Source: Utricularia gibba
Lineage: Eukaryota; Plantae; Magnoliophyta
Assembly: GCA_002189035.1 (NCBI GenBank)
Contig: NEEC01000007.1
Coordinates: 1,302,001-1,366,000, forward strand
Length of the DNA: 64,000 bases
Direction of reading: 5' to 3'
Numbering within the stretch: the stretch's first letter is position 1; every line of letters starts with the position of its first letter. This document shows, in pieces, positions 49,983-62,081 of this stretch. Under the pieces are notes generated by a model that saw nothing but the letters and a program-made list of their open reading frames with translations, was not told the origin of the DNA and did not search any database. A program made the position numbers and the translations under genes.

Positions 49983-52656
49983 ATTAATGGGGTTGGAGGG
50001 AGGCAAGGACCATCCACGTAATGCAGCAAAGGCATTGAATTGTGTGTCGCATGCAAGTGGAAAAAGCGTAGGCATATTAGCTAAAGGAGGCCCCATTTCT
50101 TTGTGCAACTGCCCATGAGGAGGAGATTCACGGGAAATGGAGTCAGAGAAACAGGCGGTTGGATCTGGATCCGGATGAGGCCATCGCCAGTTTGCCTAAC
50201 TCCGCGCCCCGCCCTGCCTCTTTGTCATTTATGTGCCTGTGTCTTTGCTCCTCCCAACCACAACCACGTGCCTCCTTTTATTGTTTTGTTTTGTTTTTTT
50301 TTTAATTTTTGAATGCACAGGTAGGCGATAATGAGGAGGAGATAAAAGCAGGTGGTTATACTAGGGATTAAGCAGTTGATAGCAGCAGAGAATATCCGTA
50401 GGAGGTGGTTAGGCAGGTGCGTAGGTAGGTAAGTGGGCTCCAAAATTTCCACAACTGTGAGAACTCAGAAGCCTGGGGGGCGAGCACAAGGACCCCAATG
50501 ACCATGGATATAGTTCTCCACTTAGTTACTGCTACCAGTTCCCAACCTACAGAAGCAAAGCAAAGCAAAGCCCAGGTCGGTAATCATGGACACTCTACAA
50601 CACTATCATTCATCATTTTTATCATCAACACTAGTTACGAACAACGTAGAAGAATAGTTTATATAGATCAATCTTTGTTAATCTTATATAAGACTTTTTC
50701 TTTGAAATAAAGAATTGGATAGATGAGTATGTGAATAATATAAATAGTGTATCCTTTAGGCAGTTTTTCTCAAGCATTGGGAAAAGCCCACTCACTATTT
50801 GTATGTAAGGCCCAAGCGGGCGGGGACGGCGGCCCGGTGTCTTGGATAGCGACTCCCCGGTAGGCTCTTTGTAGCCCACCAGCAGCAACCCAGTTGGAGG
50901 GAGGTGTTGGGTGTCGCTCATTATTTCTTCGTTCTAGTTGTTATCAGATAGATCTCCGGGCAACCAATGGTTGGGTTGGGTTGGGTTGGGTTTGGGTGCG
51001 GGTTCCACCCACCCCACCGGGTCAACAAGAAGAATGATGAAGATTAAGCTCCCTGAGCAGTCCGCAATCCCATTCCTTGCTTTCTTTCCCTCATCCTACT
51101 CTGCCTACATGCCTACAGATGACGCCTCCCTCAGGGCTCAGCACTTTTGGTTCTTTGAAAGAGTTGAAGATTTCCCCCAGATTCATACTACTTGCTGCAT
51201 TCATGTTGATCATGTCATCCGCTTCACTTCAATGCTATTAATTATTCGTCCATTATGCACAGATACACTCATCTCCTTCCTCTTCTGCGCATCGCATCCA
51301 CATAATGGATTAGCAAATCCCCACTTCAGCCACAGCGCTTGCTTGCAGTCACTTGGACGACCCAACACATTTGATCCCATCTGACGGCCTCCACAGACAG
51401 ACAGACAGACACCAGGATACTACTTACTGCCTTCTCACTAGACAGACAGACTGCGGTTTCTGTAATATGTAGATATGTTCAAACCCTAACACCCATGTTC
51501 AAGGACTATTTTTGCCTGCAATTCCTAGCATCCGCGTTGTTGGGTCTTTATAGCGGAGTTCATGCGCCACGTCCTAATGAAAACAATTCTTAGAGAGAGG
51601 GAGAGCAGCCAGGAGAGTAGGGTTGGCAGGTGAGGGAGTGTGTGCCACTGTAGTGTGCATGCATTGGACTGCCCGTCGATGGTGGCCATTAAATACAATT
51701 CAATGCTGCCGCTTCCATAGGAATCCCGGAAAAAGCGACCGCCCGGCCCGGCCCCTTCTCACATTGCGTCACTAATCTCCACCGTTTTCGCTGTGGATCA
51801 AGCCGAACGATGCTGCTGCTGCTGCTGCCTCTAGTGGAGAGGCCCGGGCCTCACGTAACAGTGTCCACAAAAAAAAGAAAAGAAAGAAAGAAATGTTGTT
51901 GTTTTATGAATAGAGACGGCGATGATGACGAGAAGCAGGTGGGCGTCCCCACCCGGAGCGGTGTTTTAAAGGAACATGCTCCCCCCTTCACTTTCGAACA
52001 CCCGCCGGCGACAGCAGCAAGCGCAGTGGCAGGGCCCCCCTTCCCCTTTCCATCCATCACATATTACCGGAGCAGCAGCCCCCATCCCTACAACCATTCC
52101 CGAATAATGTATTTCATCCTCCCATCTCCAAAAAAACACCTGAATCATCCCCTCTTACCATGAAAAAAAAAAAAAAAAAATGCACCTTACCACTTCTTAC
52201 TACAATTCCAAAATTAAAAGTAAAATAATCAAATATATAAAAAATTATAAATTATCATTAATCAGTTGGTTGTAATTTCTTATATACTTAACTTTTATGT
52301 ATGATCACCCCACTCATAGTATTCTGAATTTCAACAAAATGAAATATATCAAGATCTTTTAAATGTAATATATATATTTATTTTATTGGTAAATTTGATG
52401 GGGGAGGCGGCGGTCAATGGGCAGGGCGGCCAGACCAGGGCACCCTCGGTTTTGTGCGGGGCCGGGGCCTAGGAGCGAGCTGCCCGCCCCTCCGACCCCC
52501 ATCTACATCACCAACCCCAAACTACAAACTAGACCTCCAAATGCTAATCCAAAACTCCCTCATCCATCCCTCACACCACGTTATAAAATCCCCAACGGGA
52601 TCAAATATATCCAGTTTTTTTACAATAAGATCGAATCGAATTAGGGGTAGACCGTA

Positions 52657-52714
52657 GGGGGGGGGGGGGGGGGGGCAGTAAATACCCAACACAATGGGGG
52701 GGGGGGGGGGGGGG
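52657..52714 (+). repeat. Two G19 homopolymers 20 bp apart
   Basis: G runs at 52657-52675 and 52696-52714. Confidence 0.9.
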
Positions 52715-53764
52715 TTGATTAGAGATTTTAAACCTTGGGGAAAATTTAGCTAAGAGCATCGAGATTAGGATTTGGGGTAGGAGACTGAGGCACCAAGTTG
52801 GTGTTTTTTTTTTGAAGTAGGGGAAAAAACTTTAGTTATTAAGTTGGTCAAGTAGCACGATTTGAGGCCCCCTAGTAACACCTTTGTCCTTTTAATATAT
52901 TACGTGCGATTCTCCATTTTGGTCCCCAGAGATTCTTTTGTTTACAAGATAAAAGGAGCTACAGTAATTAGCTCAATTTCTCTTTTTTTAAATGTAATTT
53001 TTAAAATATTTAATGGACTAGTTATTCACTTTGTATTAATTTATACTATTAAATATATCACAAGTCATGTTTATCTTGCATACTATTATTTATTTTGAAT
53101 ATTCAAACTTCATAATTTTATGTCATTTCCTTTCAGATAAAAAAACATCGTATAAGATTAGAAGAATTTTTTTATTTACTCATGTTATTTCACCCATCTT
53201 GAAGAAATAACATGAGTTAATAGTATCTATTAGTATCGAATAAATTATATATTTTTTAATATTTAATTATTTTATAGCGCTTTGGATAAAAATTGAAACT
53301 CAAGAATTTCTCTTACATAATAATATTCTCTATTTTAAATATCGAATCTTTATAATATTCTATTTAATTATTTCAATTTCTTGGGATACAATTATACTCT
53401 TCTTATTTTAGGGACTTTAAGAATAAAAATAGGGTTTTATATTAGAATATGCAACAAGGAGATTGTGAAAAGTGGGGGAAAAAAGTAAGAGGATAAATAG
53501 TGGAATAGACAAGTGGATGGGAAGGGGAGGAGCATGTTAGAATGGCCTCCCCAAGTGATCAATTAATTAGATATTAAATAGACATTAAATTGAATAGGAA
53601 AAAAAAAGTTGGGTGTTGGAGTGTATAAGTTCCCTTGCTGCTGCAGCGAAAAAGAAAGCTCTTTCTCTGGTCACAACATCATTCAAAAGAACCCCAGAAG
53701 TTCATTCTCTGACTGCTCTCCTTCTCTCTCTCTCTCTTGCTTTGATTGGAGGGGATCGGGGCTC

Positions 53765-54961
53765 ATGGCTGCGCCACTGGGAGATGAGAACCCCCTTCAA
53801 AAGTTTGCAGTTTTTGAATCCGATTCTGATCAGCTGCTCATGATGATGGCTCCGGGAGCAAGCTTCTATGGCGTATCAGAAGGGGAAGAAGAAGAAGGGG
53901 ATCATCAGAAGCATAAGAGCCCTTTGGGGTTTCTGGATATGTTGGGTTCGCAAGGGGAGTTCGGGTCTCCTTCCACATTCGACGAGCTGTTGCAGAATGT
54001 TGGGATTCTGCCGGAGGGGCAGAGTACTCCGGCGGCGGAGTATTCGGAGGTGGCCGACACTGCCAACTCTTCCAACTCCACCAGTTTGTCTACCAACGAA
54101 GCGGACGGCCGTCCAAAGCCACGCGCCGCCGATGGTGATCAAAGCCAAGCCAACAATAAGAAGCAGCTGTAAGCTTATGTTTTCATGTAGTGCCTCACGA
54201 TTATTAATGAGAAAAATAAAGAATTGCTTTATTAGTTTATAAAGTATTTCAATTATTACATTTTCTTTTTTGTTTGCAATGAAAACCTTAAAGTTTGTGT
54301 TTTTTTAGTTCTGCGGTAAAAAAGAAGATCCAGAAACGCGAAAGGGAGCCGAGATTTGCGTTCATGACAAGAAGTGAAATTGATCACCTGGATGATGGGT
54401 ATAGATGGAGGAAGTACGGTCAGAAGGGGGTTAAAAACAGTCCATTTCCACGGTAAAAGATGATGTTTTTACCGTTTCTTCCTGCGTGAAAAAGGGTTTT
54501 GCGTGTGTTTTTTTTCAAGCAAAGGGATGAATGAATGAACGAATATTTCTGGCAGGAGCTACTACCGGTGCACTAGTACATCATGTGGGGTGAAGAAGAG
54601 AGTCGAAAGGTCTCCCGAAGATCGATCCATCGTCATCACAACCTACGAAGGCGTCCACACGCACCCATGTCCGATCACCCCCCGTGGCGCCTTCGGACTC
54701 CTGTCGGAAACGCCGCCGTTCGGTAGAGTTGCGTACACTCAATCCCAGTTCATCACCATGCCGCAGAAGCTTCAGCAGCGGATGCCCTACCTTCCCTCGT
54801 GGAGGCCACAGCCCAGTTTTAGCAGCATCACAGAAGTAGCATCCTCTGAAAGGCCGTTTTGGCCTCCCGGTAGACCTTCGTTGGAGTTGGAGAGAGACCA
54901 TGGACTGCTTCAAGATATGCTACCTTCTTCGAGGATTTTGAAAGATCCGAAGAGGGAGTGA
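53765..54961 (+). CDS. WRKY transcription factor, group IIc (WRKY23/48-like)
   Basis: Exons 53765-54168, 54309-54452, 54556-54961. [33 protein letters not shown]...[19 protein letters not shown]. The start codon is uncertain. Confidence 0.93.
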
Positions 54962-56505
54962 CCCGACCCAGTTGCAGAATTGTACTTGAATGGGGTTTCG
55001 TTCCAGTCACACTTGCTGTTGTCGGAATCCCTTGGCGTGTGCTTCAAGAGATTAGGGTTAGGATTTTTGCAGAAAGTTGTTTTTTGGGGATTCGAGCTAA
55101 CCTCCTCGGGAGATGGGTGTAAGTAATGTTAATTACTACTGTTACTTTCTTTGCATCGACAAGACCCCAGACTAAAATAGCTGTAGACTCCCGCCTACGA
55201 AGCATCATCCCACCGAAGCCCCGTCCCGTCAATGACTTCCATCTCTCACATGGCCATTGAACAAGCGTCAGGTTGTCGTCATTACAATATTTGCTCAACT
55301 TTGAAGCCTGTGTATATGCAGCATTCTGCAGCTGCTGCATGATTTTCATCTTCTTTCACATCGTTGATTGCAGCTCAGAATGAATTGCTCTCCAGTTCTT
55401 ATCAGGTAACAGACTGAATGATGTTTGGGAAAACCAGCAAAATCTTGCCATATGCGAACCTTGACGACACCCAGCTCCCAAGCCTTCGGAAAATGCAAGT
55501 AAATGAAGTGGGTTTTCTGGAGGAGGGCGACAACTCTGTGCGCGTAGATCCAGAGAATCCCTTGGCTTTCAAGGAAAAGATTTGAATCAGAACGAGGAGG
55601 GAGGGGAGGGGTTGCGCCCACCAACCATCATACCAAAAATGGGGATAACAATCTTTCGTACAAAAAAATTAAACTTTGGGGAAAATAGTGAGAGCCTCCT
55701 GTGATCAATTCATAGGATAAATTCCCATTTTATCGAAATTAATCCATTGTGTTAAAAATTTGAAACGCATAATTAATTAACTACCTAACAAACACACACA
55801 ATGTTGATTACTAAGGTTTTTAAATTTCTCATGTAGTTTTTAATGTTTTTTCCAGAGGGAATTAGGTGGCTGTTGCGTGTATTTTTGGAGAAACCACGTA
55901 GCTACATTTGGAAGTACAAAAGGAACAGCATTTAGCATTTGAATGCATCGGGGGACGCAAGTTGGAAGGATGAGGTGAGGAATCAAGATGGGGAAGAACA
56001 TTCCAAAGACTAAAGATTATTCCTGTCAAATGGACGGGGAGAAACAAAACAGCCGCAGCTTTTGCTTGTAAAAGGCACAAAGAGAAAGAAATAAATCCAT
56101 GTAGAAACTACCTGCAAAAGGATGAGGAGTCAGCAGCTAAAGAGGAAGCTGCCCCTTAAAATGCGGTGCTGATGCAGAGAAGCACGTAGAGAGCCTAAAA
56201 TGGCAGGGTTTGTCGCTCTGGATGTCATACAAATTCCTGTTACTGAAGTAAGTAGTGCGCGAAGGTAGATAAAAATAACATCACAAGCTCATGGGAACGA
56301 GTACATCGCATAGGCAGATACTAAGAAAGTAGAATCCGGACATTCGAAGATACCATGGAACATTTATGCCAAACTCTAACCAGCTAAACAAGCAAAAGCG
56401 CCGCTACGGGTTGAGAGTAATCATCAAAAAAGTACAAGGCATCATAAATGAATGGCTTTTGAAAATGGGCCGACCAGCATTGAAGGGAACACCATCCTTC
56501 GTTCT

Positions 56506-57137
56506 TCAGAAAATATGCACGATGTCGTATGCAAATCTGTTGTCATGTCAAGGAGACACCAAGCCATAGAGGAACGGAAGACAAATTAAAAACGAAAACC
56601 AAGCAGACAGAAAAGGATACGTCCAGAACAACACGAACGACTGCCATAAAGAAGGAGAAAAGGCAATGAATTAGTGCATCTTGATGAAATTTTTAACCAT
56701 AACACAACTTCAGTTTGCACAATCCAAAACAGGGTTGCCCCCAGTTGCCACAAAAATGAAACTTCAAAAATTAAAATGAGATAAAATACCAGGAGTCCAC
56801 CCAGAATGCCATCAAACACTATCTTCTTCCAGCTATCAAAATAAGAATGCACCGTGAACCCAGTCTTTGCAGCAAGTCCAGCGGTAGTGATTGCCATGAA
56901 AACGAAGTAGAAAATAAAGCCAGTTAATCCAGTGAACCCCAGAATCCCGGTGATGACTCCTCCAATGATGGACATGAATGTGCGGCTGAAGAAGAACACA
57001 CAAACGAATTACTAAAAAGCCAAAATTACAGAAAAAGCAGTCAGATCAGGTATCAATTCTAAATTCCCAAACCTATTATTGATGATTCTCGTGTTGTTCA
57101 GTACATTTTCTTCATTGAAGCTGCGTATTTCATCCAT
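56506..57137 (-). CDS. EMC6: ER membrane protein complex subunit 6 (Rab5ip family)
   Basis: Exons 57137-57073, 56985-56790, 56640-56621, 56536-56506. SRTFMSIIGG..YFDSW..SFVLFWTFAYDIVHIF* motifs. The true N-terminus may extend upstream. Confidence 0.9.
56537..56620 (-). other. U12-type (minor spliceosome) GT-AG intron
   Basis: Donor GTATCCTTTT and branch site TCCTTGAC (56554-56547) ending 10 nt before the intron 3' end. Confidence 0.85.
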
Positions 57138-57743
57138 AGAATCGCCCTAGTTTCTTCTTCTGCACAGTTTTATCATCATGGGTTATCGTTACTTAGAAAA
57201 TAATCTAATTTCTCAAACAATAATCCTGAAACCTGACTTCAATTACAATGACCAACAACCCATTTAGCGTTAATTACCCATAGAAGAACCCACTTCACAT
57301 GAAAAATGACCATAACATAGTTTTCACTGCTCAAAATCTTGACCTAATCACACGAATTGAGAGGCTTCACAGCTCAACCCGATCATACATCATCACCACT
57401 TCGATCGCTATCAACTAATGCAAAAAAAGAATCGAGAGCTTTAAATGTACGCACCCGTAGGGGATTTGCAGGATACCTCCGACGCTTAGCCGGAAAACTT
57501 CGCGATCAGTCCGCTCAGCGAATTCTGGGATTCCTTCGTCACAGACTGTGGTGGTCAAGGGCCGGGCTGTATTACACAGCTCTGTACCAGTAAGTCCAAG
57601 GCCCAGTCTATCGAACACAGGCCGTGATCTATGGGCCCCCTGATCCATTTATGTCATTTATGTAGCGGGCTTGATTAATGAGCCGGCCCAATTTTATTTT
57701 TGAACCTTCAGCCTTGAACAATACAGGAAGGAAACAGCTTTCA

Positions 57744-60401
57744 TTAACACACTTTCTCACTTTCCAGCTTTCTGAGATCGACATCAAGCAACAATGGCGG
57801 ATTCCCATCTTTAGAATGCTGCTCTTCCCTTGGACGAAGGAAAGGCCAAAGCACACACCGTGAAAAGCGGCTCAAGGGATCCTGCAACCCTTCCATTTGG
57901 TAGTGTCCGAACCGCCAATCTCGAAGCACATAGCCTCGCATCAGTGGTTTGTCTAGCCCTCCTGCAGTAGCCGGGAAATGGGAATCATTTCTTAGATTGG
58001 CATCGGAAACCCGACTGATGAACGTCGTCCTGAAGTTCAAGTCGAGTGGGGCTTACCAGCGTACATGAGACCGTTTTTGTCCACAGCTCGGTAGAAAGGC
58101 CTTTTCTTCCCCTGCTTCGCAGCGGATTGGAGGCTCTCCCATGCCTCCTCTCTGTCCATACGTGTTATCTGACCCGATTTAACCACCTGTGGTTGTTCAA
58201 GATCAGTCATCAGCAGCGGTTTGATATGAAAGAATGTGCCATTGCTACCTTTGAAAACAAATGGTATGAAGGGCGTTTGATTCTTGCAAGATTGTTGCAG
58301 CGATCAACTGCTACTAGTCCGAACTTGGGGCCATATCCGTCTGCCCATTCCCAGTTATCAGATATTGTCCAGAAAAGGTAACCAAGAACAGGCACACCCT
58401 GAAAGAAGATCACGGTCAGCATGCGGTTAAGAACAAGGCCTGAAGGAGTGGTAGAGTTCAGACCATGATCATTGCAGCATACGTTGCTAACAGGTGTTCT
58501 AGCATGTAAGGGCGCCTGATCAAATCAGTTTCATCTGAAACTCCATTCTCCGAGATAATGAAGGGGACACCAAGATCCTTGTATCGATCATTAAAGTCAA
58601 GAAGCACACGGAACAGGCCATCAGGATAAACCCCACGACCTGATTCACTATACTCATCATTCTCTACCAATTTCAATCCTGCACCGGAAACAACTTCCTA
58701 CAAAATAATCAGTTCAGTAAAAGAAAGTGTGGGTATAGGCCAAGTATACGAGGTGGTGCTCCATTGAATCACCTGACCATAGTAGTTTATCCCGATATAA
58801 TCCATTTTGTCAGAAATACTATCCATAAAGGGGAACACTGTCAATGAATTTGCTAAGATCACCCAGCAACATCGAATAATCCATATGGTCTCATAAATGA
58901 GACATGGTGAGCCACTCCAACAATTGCACTTGAGAATAAACTGAGAAAGAATGCAATACATAGCATCACGCAAACCCGGATCTGGAACAACAGAGCTTTA
59001 TCAAATTATAGCACAGGAAGGAACCTGTTCTTGTGAATGTAATCATAGGCCTTTGAGTGGGCTACAGAAATCCAATTCATGGCCTGATTGAAGACACCAG
59101 TAGGCAGAGCAGAAGTTGCAACTTCAAGCATATCTGGGTCACCACCCGGCCAAGCACCAGCACAGTAAGTGAGCATACAAAAAACATGAGGTTCATTAAA
59201 AGTTACCCAGTAGTCCACCATATCTGATACCGCATCTACAACGAGTCTGTGTAACAGGGTTGCACATAGATGAGCTTCCAGAAAACTGAGATGACAAATA
59301 CGAAAAAGATGCAAGATGCAGATAAAACATTCAATCAAACCTGGTAAATTCGAAAAAATAGTCTACGGTCTTCTCTAGTTTCCACCCTCCATACTCTGCA
59401 GCCCATGGTGGCAAAGAGTGGTGAAACAAAGTCAACATTACCTTCATCCCATATGAACGAACTCTTTTGATGATCCATTTATATCTCTCTAAAGCTGCAA
59501 AATTGGTCTAGTGCATATGAAAGAAAACCATCAGTTGATGCTTGAACATACAAAATTACCCATCATGTGAGTTCAAAAATCACTTACAGCAGCTGCAAGG
59601 CCATTCAATGGCTCCTCAGGCATGATTCTTGTCCAATCGATTCCCATTCGGAAAACCTGAACCCCTGTATCCTTAGCCAGCTTTAACTCGGTATCCGGAT
59701 CAGACCAAAAGCGCAACCTTTCCTCCCTGAAAATAATGTCCATGAAACATCAGCCGGCTGACCTCGCTTAACATCATGCAGATGTACGCCACAAGCAACT
59801 CACGGGTTAGGAACATTATGCCAGGACGCTATAGAATGATGACATTCTTCTTCCGTTGAAGTTGCACACTCAGTTTCTTCATATTTCTCAAATCCCCTGA
59901 TTTGTGCCTCCATAGCTATCCTCAGCTGTTTCTTTTTCTTGAAAGATCCGCTTTCTGGAAGGGAAACAAGTTGAGAACCACCATCTCCGGCCATGGAACC
60001 AGCAATAGCATCCGCCGGTGCAGCCCCTGTTTGAGAATCCGGGTTGTCGCAAGGTTTTTCCTCCGCAAACTGAAGCCACGCATCATTGAGCCTGTCTTCC
60101 ACATGAGCAGGTGCTGTCGCTAAACCGAAAAAGAATCCTTCCCTTCCCACTCCCCCTTCTACAATCAGCGGGCAGAGTTTACTTCAAAACTAAAGGAGAA
60201 GCTTTGGGTAACGAGCATACCAGCGGACGGATGGAGGCGGAAATCAGCAACAATATCCGCAGACTCATCGATCGGTGACGTGAAGCGCTTCAAACTCCTC
60301 CGCTGATACCGCGAAAAGGAGAAGATGTTGGCGGCGACCGTGACGGAGACCAAAACGCCGGCAAGTTTGGCTGCCGTTAGAAACAACGCAGCGATTGTCA
60401 T
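57744..60401 (-). CDS. SFR2: GH1-family galactolipid:galactolipid galactosyltransferase SFR2, apparent 1-bp frameshift at about 58863
   Basis: N-terminal anchor, FFFGLATAPAHVEDRLNDAW, RFWSDPD, WVTFNEP, IGINYYGQ, FIISENG and NWEWADGYGPKFGL motifs; exons traced to TAA at 57744. Confidence 0.93.
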
Positions 60402-60873
60402 TATGGCTTCACGCCCGCACCGAAACGTGTTATCCTCCTGTTGCTTCAGCCGCTCATACCACTGTCTAGTGACACGCGCCCAGTTCACACTTCACACGCA
60501 TTTTTTTAAAGCAAGAAACCAAATGCCAGAAAAACGTCGTCACCCGTTGGCACTTCACACTCCGCAGATCAGATATTTTATAGGTGCCCCAAAATTTCCA
60601 AGCAACGTGACGGTTTGGGCCGATTCAATCGCTTTCAAGCCCACCTCAACGTCATAGTTTGGGCCGATACATGTGGCCTTCCTCTCCGCAGGCCCACCGC
60701 CATCGGATATATATTTAAGATTTCCGGCATAATCATTTTATAATATTTTATCATTCACTTGTAAAATTTTTAAAAAATTGAATTGCCGGATTTGGGCACC
60801 GTCATCAGCTGCCGGAGTTGGGCGTCGTCGTGATCGCCAATAGTGTTGGAGGATTCAAGAGAAAGAAACGGTA

Positions 60874-60985
60874 ACGTGGCAAGGAAAGATCTCTAGCGAA
60901 CGGACACGTTTAATGGAGGAAGGACACGCGTCGTTGGAAAAACCCCCTCGTCTGCCAACTCTTGTTCTCCTGGTTTACCTATAAA
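60874..60985 (+). promoter_or_regulatory. ABRE/CE3-like elements and TATA box upstream of the LEA gene
   Basis: ACGTGGC 60874-60880, ACACGT 60904-60909, ACGCGTC 60926-60932 and TATAAA 60980-60985. This arrangement is typical of ABA-induced LEA promoters. Confidence 0.7.
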
Positions 60986-61132
60986 GCAACCCATTCCTTA
61001 GTGAGGCTTCATTTTCCCCATACAGCCTGAGGATCTGTTGGGTTTTGATGCTTCATATGTGGCTATTCTTCTTCCTTGTTGCTGCTGCGTTGGCTATTTT
61101 TGCGCTCGCGGTCGCGTCGCTTCGACACTGAG

Positions 61133-62081
61133 ATGCAGAAGGCGAATGCTTTTCTCTGTTTTCTGCTACTTTGCATTGTGAACCGTTCTGGTGTTGTTTT
61201 CGGGCATGGACACGCTGAGGAGAATGTGGTGGACGATGGTAAGAAAAATTCGGAGTCTTGGGCGGAGTGGGCCAAGGACAAGATCTCTGAGAACCTGGGC
61301 TTTGCGTCTGACGAGAAGAACAAGGACAAGGTAACGGACGCTGCGCAAGGTAATATGATCCTAGATTCGTCGTCTTTCGAACACATTTCGGATTCTATGG
61401 TATTTATTTCGTTTCTGTTGGAACTCAGATGCCGGAAATTTTGCCTCTGATAAGGCAGCGGAGGTGAAGGATGCCGCCTGGGAGAAAAGCAGCGAGGCGA
61501 AAGAAAAGGCTTATGATGCCGGAGGAGAAGCTAAGGGAAAGGCGGACGAGGTGAAGGAAACGATTGAAGGCAAAACGAAAAAGGCCGGAGGAGAAGCCAA
61601 GGGGAAGGCGGAGGAGGCGAAGGAAACGGTTGAAGAAAAGTCGAAAAGGGCCGGAGAAGACACCAAGCAAAAGGCGGAGGAGCTGAAGGAAACAGTTGAA
61701 GCAAAATCGAAAAGGGCCGGGGAAGACGCCAAGGAAAAGGCAGAGGAGGCGAAAGAAACGGTTGAAGCAAAATCAAAGAAAGCAGCGGACGAAGCTACGG
61801 GAGTGAAGGAAACAGTGGAGGACGAAGCGAAGAAGGCCGGAGAAGAAGCGAAGCGAGCCGCGGAGGGAGTGAAGGAGGCAGTCGAAGAGAAATCGAGAAA
61901 GGCAGCGGAGGCAGCGAGAGAAGCGGCGGCGGAGGGGAAAAAGCGAACGGAGGAGAAGGCGGATGAGCATATGAAGTGGGCCAAAGAGAAGGCCAAGGAA
62001 GGATACGAGGCCGTGAAGGACAAAGCAGGGGAGATGTTCGACTCAGCCAAGGAGACCATGAAGCCTCACGAGGAGCTGTGA
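61133..62081 (+). CDS. Late embryogenesis abundant protein, group 3 (LEA_4-like), with signal peptide
   Basis: Exons 61133-61349 and 61429-62081. SWAEWAKDKISE motif and an E/K/A-rich body with 22-aa repeats; ends in HEEL (possible ER-retention signal). Confidence 0.88.
61518..61900 (+). repeat. In-frame 66-bp (22-aa) tandem repeats inside the LEA gene
   Basis: Units start at 61518, 61584, 61650 and 61716 (GCCGGAG..), then degenerate. Confidence 0.85.

Noticed and set aside
61511-62059. 182-aa Ser/Ala/Phe-rich minus-strand ORF
   Set aside because: Antisense shadow of the repetitive LEA coding sequence.
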